DNA from: an uncultured Clostridia bacterium
GTDB taxonomy: Bacteria > Bacillota > Clostridia > Oscillospirales > CAG-272
Direction of reading: 5' to 3'
Length of the DNA: 64,000 nt
NCBI GenBank assembly: GCA_944391815.1
Contig: CALXUV010000046.1
Location: 20,195-84,194 of the forward strand
Shown here piece after piece: positions 40,194 through 49,307 of the stretch (position 1 is the stretch's first letter; each line of letters starts with the position of its first letter). A model generated the notes under the pieces. The model did no database searches. It worked only from the letters and a program-made list of their open reading frames with translations, and was not told the DNA's origin. Both the position numbers and the translations under genes were made by a program.

Positions 40194-40301
40194 AACGAGA
40201 TATCCTCGATTTATTTTATTTTGGTTATCAGATGCGATGGTCTGAAAAAAACATATCTTTGGGTGAAATCAAAAAGTCTCCCCAAAAATCATGCTGATTT
40301 T

Positions 40302-41468
40302 TCATTTGCCGGAAATTTTCCGATACTCTTCAAGTATTATTTCTGCACTTTTTTTCCATGAAAAAAGTTTTGAGCGTTCATACCCTTTATCGGAAAGCTC
40401 TTTGCACAGATTTTCATTGACAGTAAGCCTGTATATTCCGTCCGATATTTCATCCTGTGAAAACGGATCGCATAATAAAGCACTGTCACCCGCCACTTCG
40501 GGGAGTGACGAAACATTTGAGGTAAGAACCGGAACTCCGCAAGCCATTGCTTCAAGGACGGGTATTCCGAACCCCTCGTACAAAGAAGGAAAAAGAAAAG
40601 CTCTTGCACCGCTGTAAAGAACGGATTTTTCTTCTTCTGTTAAATATCCCGGCATTATTATTCTGCCGTCATTGCTTTCCTTTTCAATCGCTTCTTTTAT
40701 CTCATCAAAATACCATCCGAGTCTTCCTGCTACAACAAATGCCGGAACCTCTCTGCCCTCACTTTTAAGTTTACGGCAGGTTTCCCCGTAGGCAAGAACT
40801 AACCGTTTCAGGTTTTTTCTCGGTTCAATCGTACCTAAATACAAAAAATAATTTCTGTACTCAACTCCGAATTTATCAAGCACGCTCAAACACTCGGACC
40901 TGTCTCTTTTCTTGAAAATCCGCCTGTCGACTCCCGCATATACAACGGTCATTTTTTCTTTTTCAACGCCGTAAAGTTCACTCAATTCATTGCCCGTGAA
41001 TTCTGACGCAACAAATATTCTGTCAGCACGGCGTAATGTTTTTTTAAGTCTCAGTGAAAGAAGTTTACGGGTTCTAAGTGCAACGGTTTCCGGGTATCTG
41101 ACAAACGCAAGATCGTGAACCGTTACCGCCGCCTTTCCCTTTACTCCCGGAGGAATGAGAAAGTTGAAAAAATGAGTTACGTCCGGTTTTCCTCTGAAAA
41201 ACCAGCTGTAAGGAATAGGAAAAAAACACTGAATAATCCGATAAAGTCCGGAAGTCATATACGGAAATTCACTTATTTTTACCTTATCAGAGGCGTACCG
41301 AGTCATTATCTCTTTTTTCTCTTTTCTGCCTTTTGCTGAAAAATAAGTGAATTCATATTCATTTTCCGGATCGGCTTCCATCATTGCCAAACACAGTTCT
41401 TTTTCATGGATGCCGATACCGGTTAACTGACTCGAGGCAACCGGAGTAGCTTCAAATCTTATTTTCAT
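40302..41468 (-). CDS. GT4 glycosyltransferase, WbdB-like
   Basis: MKI.F...P....LTGIG, HDL, GTIEPRKN, YEGFGIPVLEAMACG. Confidence 0.88.
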   Translation of the reverse strand: MKIRFEATPVASSQLTGIGIHEKELCLAMMEADPENEYEFTYFSAKGRKEKKEIMTRYASDKVKISEFPYMTSGLYRIIQCFFPIPYSWFFRGKPDVTHFFNFLIPPGVKGKAAVTVHDLAFVRYPETVALRTRKLLSLRLKKTLRRADRIFVASEFTGNELSELYGVEKEKMTVVYAGVDRRIFKKRDRSECLSVLDKFGVEYRNYFLYLGTIEPRKNLKRLVLAYGETCRKLKSEGREVPAFVVAGRLGWYFDEIKEAIEKESNDGRIIMPGYLTEEEKSVLYSGARAFLFPSLYEGFGIPVLEAMACGVPVLTSNVSSLPEVAGDSALLCDPFSQDEISDGIYRLTVNENLCKELSDKGYERSKLFSWKKSAEIILEEYRKISGK

Positions 41469-42541
41469 AAATATTCCGGACTGTCCGATATCTGACGCGT
41501 CGCTTCCTTTATCTTTTGTGCATAATCTTTATGACAGACAAGTATGGCATTTCCTGACTCCACTATTACAAGATCCTTTACACCGAGCAATGCTATAAGC
41601 TTGTCCTCCGGAATTTCTATAATATTTCCGCTGCTTTCGTATGACGTTACCGTACCGTTTATATAATTGCCGTTACTGTCTGCTTTCTGAATTTCGGATA
41701 TAGCTGCCCACGTTCCAACATCATTCCAATCAAAAGTCGACTGCACGGTTATGCTTCCTCTGACGTGCTCCATGACAGCGTAATCTATGGAAATGGATTC
41801 CATTTTCTCGAAATTCTGATAGGTTATCAGATCTTCGTTTTTCTTTCCTATACTTTTTCCGATAGTTGCAAGACACTGTGAATTATGAGGACAAAATCTC
41901 TTAATACACCTGAGCATATATGATATCGGGAAAACAAACATGCCGGCATTCCAGAAATATTTTCCGGAAGAAACGTATCTTGTCGCCGTTCTTAAATCGG
42001 GTTTCTCGACAAATTTTGCCATTTTCCATGCCAAAGTAGTATTTTCTATCGGTTTTTCTTTATGAACTTTAATATAGCCAAAACCTGTCTCAGGTTTTGT
42101 AGGGGTTATTCCGACAGTTACAATCGTGTTATGTCTTTCTGCCAGAGTACAACATTTTCTCAGATCTGACGTAAAAGATTTTATCCGCCTGATAAGGTGA
42201 TCGGAAGGAACTACCATCATTATGGCATCCCCTATACGTTTCTTTATTATCTGGCAGGCATAGCCTATACAAGCTGTGGTGTTTTTACCCATCGGCTCAC
42301 AGATAATATTATCTTCCGGCAGTTCCGGAAGCTGACTTCTCGTCAGATCATAATAATCTCTTCCGGTAACTATATATATATTTTTCAAACAGGTGAGTTT
42401 TTGCATTCTTTCAACAGTTTGCACTATCAGAGACTTATTATCCTTGCCAATCGCCAAAAACTGTTTAGGACAGTCTTTTCTGCTTTTCGGCCAAAGTCTC
42501 TCTCCCCTGCCTCCGGCCATTATAACCGCTACTCTTTCCAT
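41465..42541 (-). CDS. manC: Mannose-1-phosphate guanylyltransferase
   Basis: IMAGGRGERLWPKSR..PKQFL, EPMGKNT, PSDH, FVEKP, WNAGMF, WNDVGTW. Confidence 0.93.
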   Translation of the reverse strand: MERVAVIMAGGRGERLWPKSRKDCPKQFLAIGKDNKSLIVQTVERMQKLTCLKNIYIVTGRDYYDLTRSQLPELPEDNIICEPMGKNTTACIGYACQIIKKRIGDAIMMVVPSDHLIRRIKSFTSDLRKCCTLAERHNTIVTVGITPTKPETGFGYIKVHKEKPIENTTLAWKMAKFVEKPDLRTATRYVSSGKYFWNAGMFVFPISYMLRCIKRFCPHNSQCLATIGKSIGKKNEDLITYQNFEKMESISIDYAVMEHVRGSITVQSTFDWNDVGTWAAISEIQKADSNGNYINGTVTSYESSGNIIEIPEDKLIALLGVKDLVIVESGNAILVCHKDYAQKIKEATRQISDSPEYL

Positions 42542-42572
42542 ATCAGAGAGTTAATTTCCTTTCAGTTAGTCA

Positions 42573-44288
42573 TTATTTCTTGAAATCAAGCATCGGGTCA
42601 TTTTTCAATATTTCGAGAAGCTTTTCTGCCTCTTGCGCTGTTTTTCCGACACTCGACAGATATGCTTTCATCTTGGGCTCGGTTCCGGACGGTCTGACTA
42701 TCACCTTGCTGTTATTCTCAGTCAAAAATTCCAGTACATTTGAATCAGGCAGTCCCGTTTCGCTGTTATATTCGCCTTCACGAAGTCCTTCTTTGTGGTA
42801 ATCCTTTACACATACAACCTTTTTTCCCGCTATTTCAGCCGGAGGATTACTTCTCAGTCCTTCTATAATGTTCTTCATTTTTTCTATGCCTTCCGCACCT
42901 GCAAACGCATAGTTAAGAAGACCTTCTCTGAAATATCCGTGCTTTTCACAAAGCTCATCGTAAGCTTCTGCAAGCGTCAGACCTTTACGCTTATAATAAA
43001 GCGCCATTTCTGCAGTCAGCATTGCCGCATTAACGCCGTCCTTATCCCTTACATAACTTCCTGAAAGATATCCGCAGCTTTCCTCAAATCCGAATATATA
43101 ACTGTCAGCTCTGCCTTCCGATTCAAGGAGTCCTATCTGTTCGCCGATATATTTAAAGCCTGTCAGGACTCTTCTGATTTCCGTTCCGTACTGCTCGGCT
43201 ATCTTATCGGCCATTGCTGTTGAAACGATTGTCGTAACTGCGACCGGTTTTGCCGGCATCGATCCCAGCTCAGTTTTTCTCATCGAAACATAGTTCATAA
43301 GCAATATACCGAGCTCATTTCCGGAAAGAGCTTTATAACCGCCGCGGTATTTTGAAGCTGCCCGGCACCTGTCGCAGTCCGGATCGGTGGCTATCATAAT
43401 ATCTGCATCGTACTTTTCGCAGTACTCAAGAGCAAGTTTGATCGCATCAGGATTTTCCGGATTCGGATACGGACATGTCGGGAAATTACCGTCGGGCATC
43501 TCCTGTTCCTTTACAACCACAAGCTGATAGCTGTTTTCACTCCCAAGAACTTTCGTTACCCCGCGTCTGCCTGCGCCATTGAGCGGCGTATAGACAATTT
43601 TAAGTTTTTCGCCTTCTCTTATGTCATCTGTAAGCAGACTCTGTTTTTTTACCGCCTCAATGAAAGCTGCATAAACCTCGTCGTTTATAAGCACTATCTT
43701 TCCTTGGTCCACCGCCGTCTGATAATCCATTATTTTCACACCGGTGAAGATATCTGTTTTTCCTATTTCTGACAATATCACATCGGCAAGAGCCGGTCCG
43801 AGCTGACATCCGTCATCTCCGTAAACTTTATATCCGTTATACTCAGCCGGGTTGTGACTGGCAGTTACGCATATTCCGGCGTCACACTTGTAATATCTTA
43901 CTGCAAAAGAAAGAGCCGGAGTAGGTGCCAGTTCCGAATAAAGAAAAACTTTTATTCCGTTTGCTGCAAGGATTGCCGCACAACGTTCAGCAAAAAGACG
44001 TCCTTTGTTTCTGCTGTCGTATGCTATTGCAACTGAAAGTTCTTTGTTTTTTCCTTTATTCTCGCCAATCAGGCAGTTCGCCAATCCCTGTGTTGCTCTT
44101 CCGACTGTGTATATATTCATTCTGTTAGTGCCGGCTCCGAGAATACCTCTCAGTCCTCCCGTGCCGAATTCAAGATCACAACGAAACCTATCGAATATTT
44201 CACTTTCATTTCCTTCGATAGATTTCAGTTCTTTTTCAAGGTCTTTATCATCGAGTTCTTGTTTTAACCATTCGTTATATATATCCAT
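42573..44288 (-). CDS. pgm: Phosphoglucomutase/phosphomannomutase
   Basis: FGTGGLRG, TASHNP, DPDCDR, FEES, RPSGTEPK; start at 44288 after GAGGTG preferred over 44315. Confidence 0.95.
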   Translation of the reverse strand: MDIYNEWLKQELDDKDLEKELKSIEGNESEIFDRFRCDLEFGTGGLRGILGAGTNRMNIYTVGRATQGLANCLIGENKGKNKELSVAIAYDSRNKGRLFAERCAAILAANGIKVFLYSELAPTPALSFAVRYYKCDAGICVTASHNPAEYNGYKVYGDDGCQLGPALADVILSEIGKTDIFTGVKIMDYQTAVDQGKIVLINDEVYAAFIEAVKKQSLLTDDIREGEKLKIVYTPLNGAGRRGVTKVLGSENSYQLVVVKEQEMPDGNFPTCPYPNPENPDAIKLALEYCEKYDADIMIATDPDCDRCRAASKYRGGYKALSGNELGILLMNYVSMRKTELGSMPAKPVAVTTIVSTAMADKIAEQYGTEIRRVLTGFKYIGEQIGLLESEGRADSYIFGFEESCGYLSGSYVRDKDGVNAAMLTAEMALYYKRKGLTLAEAYDELCEKHGYFREGLLNYAFAGAEGIEKMKNIIEGLRSNPPAEIAGKKVVCVKDYHKEGLREGEYNSETGLPDSNVLEFLTENNSKVIVRPSGTEPKMKAYLSSVGKTAQEAEKLLEILKNDPMLDFKK

Positions 44289-44637
44289 ACGCACCTCATA
44301 ACTTTCCTTAGTCATTCTGTTTGTTTATATATATTATTAGATATTATAATAGATTATTATTAAATTAATTCCTTTATTTTGTTAACATTTATCCAAAACA
44401 GTTATAAACAAGGAAAAAAACACGTTAAATAAAACAAAAAATGTCAAATTTTAATTTTTTTTTATGCCAAGAAACTCAAAAGGCAGAATTTGGAGCATTT
44501 TTTGTTAAGTAATACTTTATATTTTGATGAATTTGACTTTCAAAAAACTTAAAAAATGCTTAAAAAATAAAAAAACCGCTCTTTCTCTCTGCATTCTTAG
44601 CGGAGAAATAGGCAGGCGCAAAAAATCGGCGGAGAAC

Positions 44638-44666
44638 TTGTTTTCTCTGCCGATTTGTGTTATAAT
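44638..44666 (+). promoter_or_regulatory. Extended -10 sigma-A promoter overlapped by an inverted repeat
   Basis: TTGTTT-17-TATAAT with TGn; 14-bp imperfect IR at 44623-44656. Confidence 0.6.
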
Positions 44667-44680
44667 GAGAGTAGCAAAAA

Positions 44681-44815
44681 AGCCTTCCTCCGGGAGGAAG
44701 GTGGCACGCGGAGCGTGACGGAAGGAGCCTGCGTGACTTTAGGTTTGTGCTAACTTCATTGTAACGCGCTCTCCCTCACCCGACTTCGTCGGGAGCTCCC
44801 TCCCGGAGGGAGCCT
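44681..44815. repeat. GC-rich palindromic intergenic element (REP/RIME-like)
   Basis: Two degenerate inverted arms, each with two hairpins: CCTTCCTC-cgg-GAGGAAGG, CACGC-gga-GCGTG, CCCGAC-ttc-GTCGGG, GCTCCCTC-ccg-GAGGGAGC. Confidence 0.75.
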
Positions 44816-44912
44816 TGGGATGCGCTCAACCTTAGGGGTATGGGCTTTGCCCGAAGCGTTTGTAATACAAATGCGAAATTGGCGATAAAACAGAACGACA
44901 AATAAGAATTTA

Positions 44913-45485
44913 ATGGATGAACAAAGAAGGGGAAGTATAGTGGATAAAATTTTGAAATATAAAAAAGCATCAAATGTTTTTAGAATAACTCTTATTTTGG
45001 GCGCAATATCTTTAGGTGCTTATCATATAATTTCTCTTATTAATTCAAAGGAATTCTTCGGCCATGCAATGATATCAACTATTTTGTTTTATTCATTTGT
45101 TGTTGTAGCACTCATTTTTATGACTATTTTTGATATCAAGAGATATAAACTTCTTGATGAAGTGTTTGGTAAAGTTGATGATGCAGATAAAGAAATAGCT
45201 AAAAATTTGCTTTGTAGAATAAAAGAAGTTGGTATTGGAGAGTTCAGCTTTTTGAATTATGAAGATGAAATAAGATTAGAGCACGAGTCATCCCAATTAA
45301 AATTATGCTTAAAGCAAATTATTAAAGGACATAAAATATATTTTGGTTTAGTAAAAGTTTATTTTGAATTGTTTGAAGAAATAAAAGATAAAGTAGATTT
45401 ATTTACACCAAATGATATGCTTGAATATAAATACTTGACCGAATTAATTCCTCTGTTAGAAAGAAACAGCCAAAACCAAATTTAA
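44913..45485 (+). CDS. AT-rich hypothetical membrane protein (2 TM)
   Basis: 190-aa ORF, much lower GC than its neighbours; alternative GTG start at 44939. Confidence 0.65.
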   Translation: MDEQRRGSIVDKILKYKKASNVFRITLILGAISLGAYHIISLINSKEFFGHAMISTILFYSFVVVALIFMTIFDIKRYKLLDEVFGKVDDADKEIAKNLLCRIKEVGIGEFSFLNYEDEIRLEHESSQLKLCLKQIIKGHKIYFGLVKVYFELFEEIKDKVDLFTPNDMLEYKYLTELIPLLERNSQNQI

Positions 45486-45545
45486 GTATATTATCTTAGA
45501 CTAAAACGAATAACCAATTTCCAATTTATCGGGCAGAACAAACGA

Positions 45546-45581
45546 GCCCCGACAGACCTTTACAAAAAATCTGTCGGGGTT
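45546..45581. terminator. Terminator between convergent genes
   Basis: CCCCGACAGA...TCTGTCGGGG followed by TTT. Confidence 0.7.
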
Positions 45582-45691
45582 TATTATTTGTTTACCGCGG
45601 ATCAATTTCGCAATGTGGTCGCAAACCAATTCGTAATTTCTCCGTTAATTTTGCACGCCCTTTCAGAGCAGTTTTTTGCCATTATACTTAA

Positions 45692-47248
45692 TTATGACTT
45701 GCCAGTCAAATTTTCAAGTTCTTCAGCAATTGAGGTATCAAATCCACTCAAGTTGGCATCCCTATTTGAGGTCCAGTTAGACTCAAGTTTTTCCATGGAA
45801 TTTCTGAGAACACTATTAATATTTCTGACATCAAGCGCACAAGCAAAGTCATACACACGGGTTTCAAATATCAAATCAAGCATTTCCCAAGAAGCATCAT
45901 CACGCGAAGCCTTTCCGCGAAGTACCTCCATGTAGTAAGCGTAGTTAAGACTTTCTTCACCGAAATATTCTTCACTTGAATAAAAAGCCATCGCTTCGAG
46001 GATATATGCAGACTTTTCATTCAACGAATCATTTCTTGAAGGTACTACATAGCAATGTCCGTTTCCATACTGTATTGTATTTCCGTATTCGGTCTCAGTT
46101 TCATAAAGTTTTGGAATCGGCAATATACCGAAATCAGACTTCATGTCTCTTATAAGATTGATAGTGCCAACGTGAGTAACAAAGAAAGTCGCCTTATTCG
46201 CCATAAAGCCTCCACGGGCTATTATCTGCCATCCGTCACCCTCAACCTTACCCACAACTGTATCCAAATTAAGGAACCAGGTAGAATTTGAAACCTGACC
46301 GAAATTCTGCCAAACTTTATTAACAGCATCGGCAAATGACGTCGACATAATATTGGATTTTACTCCTGACAGGTTACCCTGATCAGCTATAGTCGGAGTA
46401 TATCCAGCAGCCTGCAATAAGACAGTAGTTGCCTCGCCCTGGGTGAATATTCCATATTTTCCGGAACCTTGATAGTCTGTTTCCCAAATAGGATTGTCCG
46501 AATTAAACTCTTCTTTGCTATGATTCTGAGCCTGTGTCATAAGGTATTCAAGTGTCCAGCCACCCTGCTTACCTATTCCGTCTTTAACGAGCTGATAAAG
46601 CTTTTCATCTGTAAGCCCTTTATTCATTTCTGAAAGATTATCCTTGTTAAAAAGAACGCACCATGTACCATCTTTATCAACTGTGAGCAGATCACCAACG
46701 GCTATGTAAGCGCTTCCTGCCAAAAGCAGATTTTCAACAACACCCTGATCCCACCACTCCTGGTTAAGATCAATATAATCTGCCTGACTAAGGTCAAGCA
46801 TCGCTCCTCCGCAAGAAATCTGCAGTCCGTTTGTTATACCGAGCATGAAAGCGTCGTACGAATCGTTTCCGGTATTTACCGCCTGAAGCGCATCGTTATA
46901 CGCCTGATTTGATGCTTCCCTTTTGATGGTAACTCCGAAGTTTTTCTTGATGAGGTCATTTCTTGTTGCGACCGCATCAACAATCGAACTGTCTCCGAGG
47001 TTATCTTTTTCGACAAGGTCAACGATGTTGAACGCCTGTCCCTTTGATCTGTCCTGTTCGGTCAGTACAGTGAAGCTTCCGCTGAACCTGAGCGCCTGCC
47101 CACCGAATGCCGGTGAAAGATCTTCTTCCGGAACATCGGTTTCTTCGCCCTCATCTTCACCACCGGGCTTGCATCCGGTCAAAAGCACCGTTACAAGCAC
47201 AATGGAAAACACGAGCAAAAGTGCGAGCATTCTCCTTTTTTTCATCAT
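45692..47248 (-). CDS. Extracellular solute-binding lipoprotein (carbohydrate ABC type)
   Basis: LLTGC lipobox; WWDQ, WT.E.L, FGILPIPK, AYILEAMA motifs. Confidence 0.8.
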   Translation of the reverse strand: MMKKRRMLALLLVFSIVLVTVLLTGCKPGGEDEGEETDVPEEDLSPAFGGQALRFSGSFTVLTEQDRSKGQAFNIVDLVEKDNLGDSSIVDAVATRNDLIKKNFGVTIKREASNQAYNDALQAVNTGNDSYDAFMLGITNGLQISCGGAMLDLSQADYIDLNQEWWDQGVVENLLLAGSAYIAVGDLLTVDKDGTWCVLFNKDNLSEMNKGLTDEKLYQLVKDGIGKQGGWTLEYLMTQAQNHSKEEFNSDNPIWETDYQGSGKYGIFTQGEATTVLLQAAGYTPTIADQGNLSGVKSNIMSTSFADAVNKVWQNFGQVSNSTWFLNLDTVVGKVEGDGWQIIARGGFMANKATFFVTHVGTINLIRDMKSDFGILPIPKLYETETEYGNTIQYGNGHCYVVPSRNDSLNEKSAYILEAMAFYSSEEYFGEESLNYAYYMEVLRGKASRDDASWEMLDLIFETRVYDFACALDVRNINSVLRNSMEKLESNWTSNRDANLSGFDTSIAEELENLTGKS

Positions 47249-47408
47249 AATAAGATTATCCCCTCCTAAGGTTATTTATAAAGTAATGATACCATAAGTC
47301 GATACACATTGTGTTAATAAAATATGAAAATTAATGCCATTCGTGATAGTTTTACCTTTTCAACAATACATCCACATATTTTTTGTGCACTTTTTACCCA
47401 AAAAACAT

Positions 47409-47699
47409 TCAGCGTATTTTTTTCGTTTTGAATCTTGCCGGACCCAAGACAACACTCATGACCATAGCCTTTCTTAGTTCATCTTTGGAAAGTGACAAAA
47501 TATCCGAAGCATATGAGTTTGTACGTTCCTGAGCTGTTTTTTTGGTTACTGTTTTTACATTACTGACACTGTCAGAACCGGCGGGATCCGTGTTAATCAT
47601 CTTACCGACTTCAAACGCTCTTTCAGCCTGGTTCCCGGTATCCTTCATGATTTCAGGATATATGCCCTTTCCGGTATATTTTGCTCTTGCGTAACTCAT
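47409..47699 (-). CDS. Hypothetical protein (YqfB-like position)
   Basis: Follows floA; C-terminal ELRKAMVMSVVLGP motif. Confidence 0.65.
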   Translation of the reverse strand: MSYARAKYTGKGIYPEIMKDTGNQAERAFEVGKMINTDPAGSDSVSNVKTVTKKTAQERTNSYASDILSLSKDELRKAMVMSVVLGPARFKTKKIR

Positions 47700-47712
47700 G
47701 CTTTTACCTTCC

Positions 47713-48732
47713 TTACTTATCGGTATCTGTGGGTTTCAGTTTTTCGTCAGCCTGACCGATCGATTTTCTCATTTCCGTGTCAGCCTGAACGTTAAGCATG
47801 TTGTAATAATCCATTACGCCTATATTGCCTTCTCTCAGGGCTTCAGCCATGGCTTTGGGAAGTTCCGCTTCGGCCTCTACCACCTTAGCACGCATTTCTT
47901 GTACTTTGGCTTTCATTTCCTGCTCAGCCGCCATCGCCATTGCTTTTCTTTCTTCTGCCTTGGCCTGTGCTATTCTCTTATCAGCCTCCGCCTGTTCAGT
48001 CTGAAGCTGAGCTCCGACGTTCCGTCCGACGTCAACATCCGCTATGTCTATCGAAAGTATTTCGAAAGCCGTTCCCGCTTCAAGTCCTTTGCTGAGCACC
48101 GTTTTTGAAATTCTGTCCGGATTTTCCAGGACCTCTTTATGCGACTCAGACGAACCGATCGTAGTTACTACTCCCTCTCCGACTCTCGCAATTATAGTGG
48201 CTTCTCCTGCTCCTCCGACCAGCCTGTCAATATTGGCTCTAACCGTAACTCTCGCCTTGGCTCTCAGTTCGATTCCGTCTTTCGCTATCGCGGCAACGGT
48301 AGGAGTTTCTATGATTTTCGGGTTAACACTCATCTGAACTGCTTCGAGAACGTTTCTTCCGGCAAGGTCTATCGCCGCAGCTCTTTCAAAATTCAGCGGT
48401 ATTTCCGCTCTCTGAGCAGCAACCAACGCATTTACTACTTTATCAACATTACCGCCCGCCAGATAATGCGCCTCGAGTTTGGAAATCGAAACCTCTATTC
48501 CGGCCTTTGTCGCCTGGATAAGCGGATTTATTATCAGATCAGGTTTTACGCGTCTGAGTTTCATTCCTATGAGGGTAAATATACCAACCTTGGCGTTTGA
48601 TGCCTGTGCGCTTATCCAAAGCCTTATTGGTATAAAGCTGAAAAACAGTGCCAGAAGTATGAAAATTACGAAAATTCCGATAACTATCGGTATTACGGTC
48701 TGAAGCGTAGGTGCGAGATAATTGTTAAACAT
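47713..48732 (-). CDS. floA: Flotillin-like protein FloA (YqfA)
   Basis: [53 protein letters not shown]. Confidence 0.95.
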   Translation of the reverse strand: MFNNYLAPTLQTVIPIVIGIFVIFILLALFFSFIPIRLWISAQASNAKVGIFTLIGMKLRRVKPDLIINPLIQATKAGIEVSISKLEAHYLAGGNVDKVVNALVAAQRAEIPLNFERAAAIDLAGRNVLEAVQMSVNPKIIETPTVAAIAKDGIELRAKARVTVRANIDRLVGGAGEATIIARVGEGVVTTIGSSESHKEVLENPDRISKTVLSKGLEAGTAFEILSIDIADVDVGRNVGAQLQTEQAEADKRIAQAKAEERKAMAMAAEQEMKAKVQEMRAKVVEAEAELPKAMAEALREGNIGVMDYYNMLNVQADTEMRKSIGQADEKLKPTDTDK

Positions 48733-48756
48733 ACCTTTCTCCTTTTTTCAAATTAC

Positions 48757-49275
48757 TTATTCAGTTTCGGATTTTACGGTTTTAACGGTCATTTTGTTGC
48801 CGACAACGGAGATTACTGTGACTTTTGTTCCTGATTCGATAAATTCGCCATCGCTTACAACATCTACTGTCTTTTCTCCGAACCTTGCTTTTCCGGCAGG
48901 TCTGAGCTGTGTAAGTGCAGTTCCTTCGTCTCCTTCTTTTACGTCGGATTCTGTAACGGCTGTGTAACCTTTACGGTTTTCCGTCGAGTCGGTCAGAACA
49001 AGTTTTTTCGGTATTATTCCGTAGGAAGTCAGAACCATCATTATTACAAAGAGAACCGTGACAAGAAGTGCAAGCAAAGCAAACAGGACAAACCCCTGCA
49101 CAACGTTTTCCGCAAGCACAAATATGTCAATAACCATTATAATAAGTCCGGCGGCTCCGAAAATTCCTATTCCGGGTTCGAACATCTCTATCACCATACA
49201 GATGATACCGAGCGCAAACAGCACTATGTGCACAGCACCGATGTTGCCTCCTATCGCCGCAAATATTTCGCCCAT
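48757..49275 (-). CDS. NfeD-family protein (short form)
   Basis: EMFEPG.G.FG TM region; LRPAGK...VDVVSDGEFI OB-fold; upstream of floA. Confidence 0.88.
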   Translation of the reverse strand: MGEIFAAIGGNIGAVHIVLFALGIICMVIEMFEPGIGIFGAAGLIIMVIDIFVLAENVVQGFVLFALLALLVTVLFVIMMVLTSYGIIPKKLVLTDSTENRKGYTAVTESDVKEGDEGTALTQLRPAGKARFGEKTVDVVSDGEFIESGTKVTVISVVGNKMTVKTVKSETE

Positions 49276-49307
49276 TTTTCTCCTTTCCGCCGTTTCCGGC
49301 TGTATTT

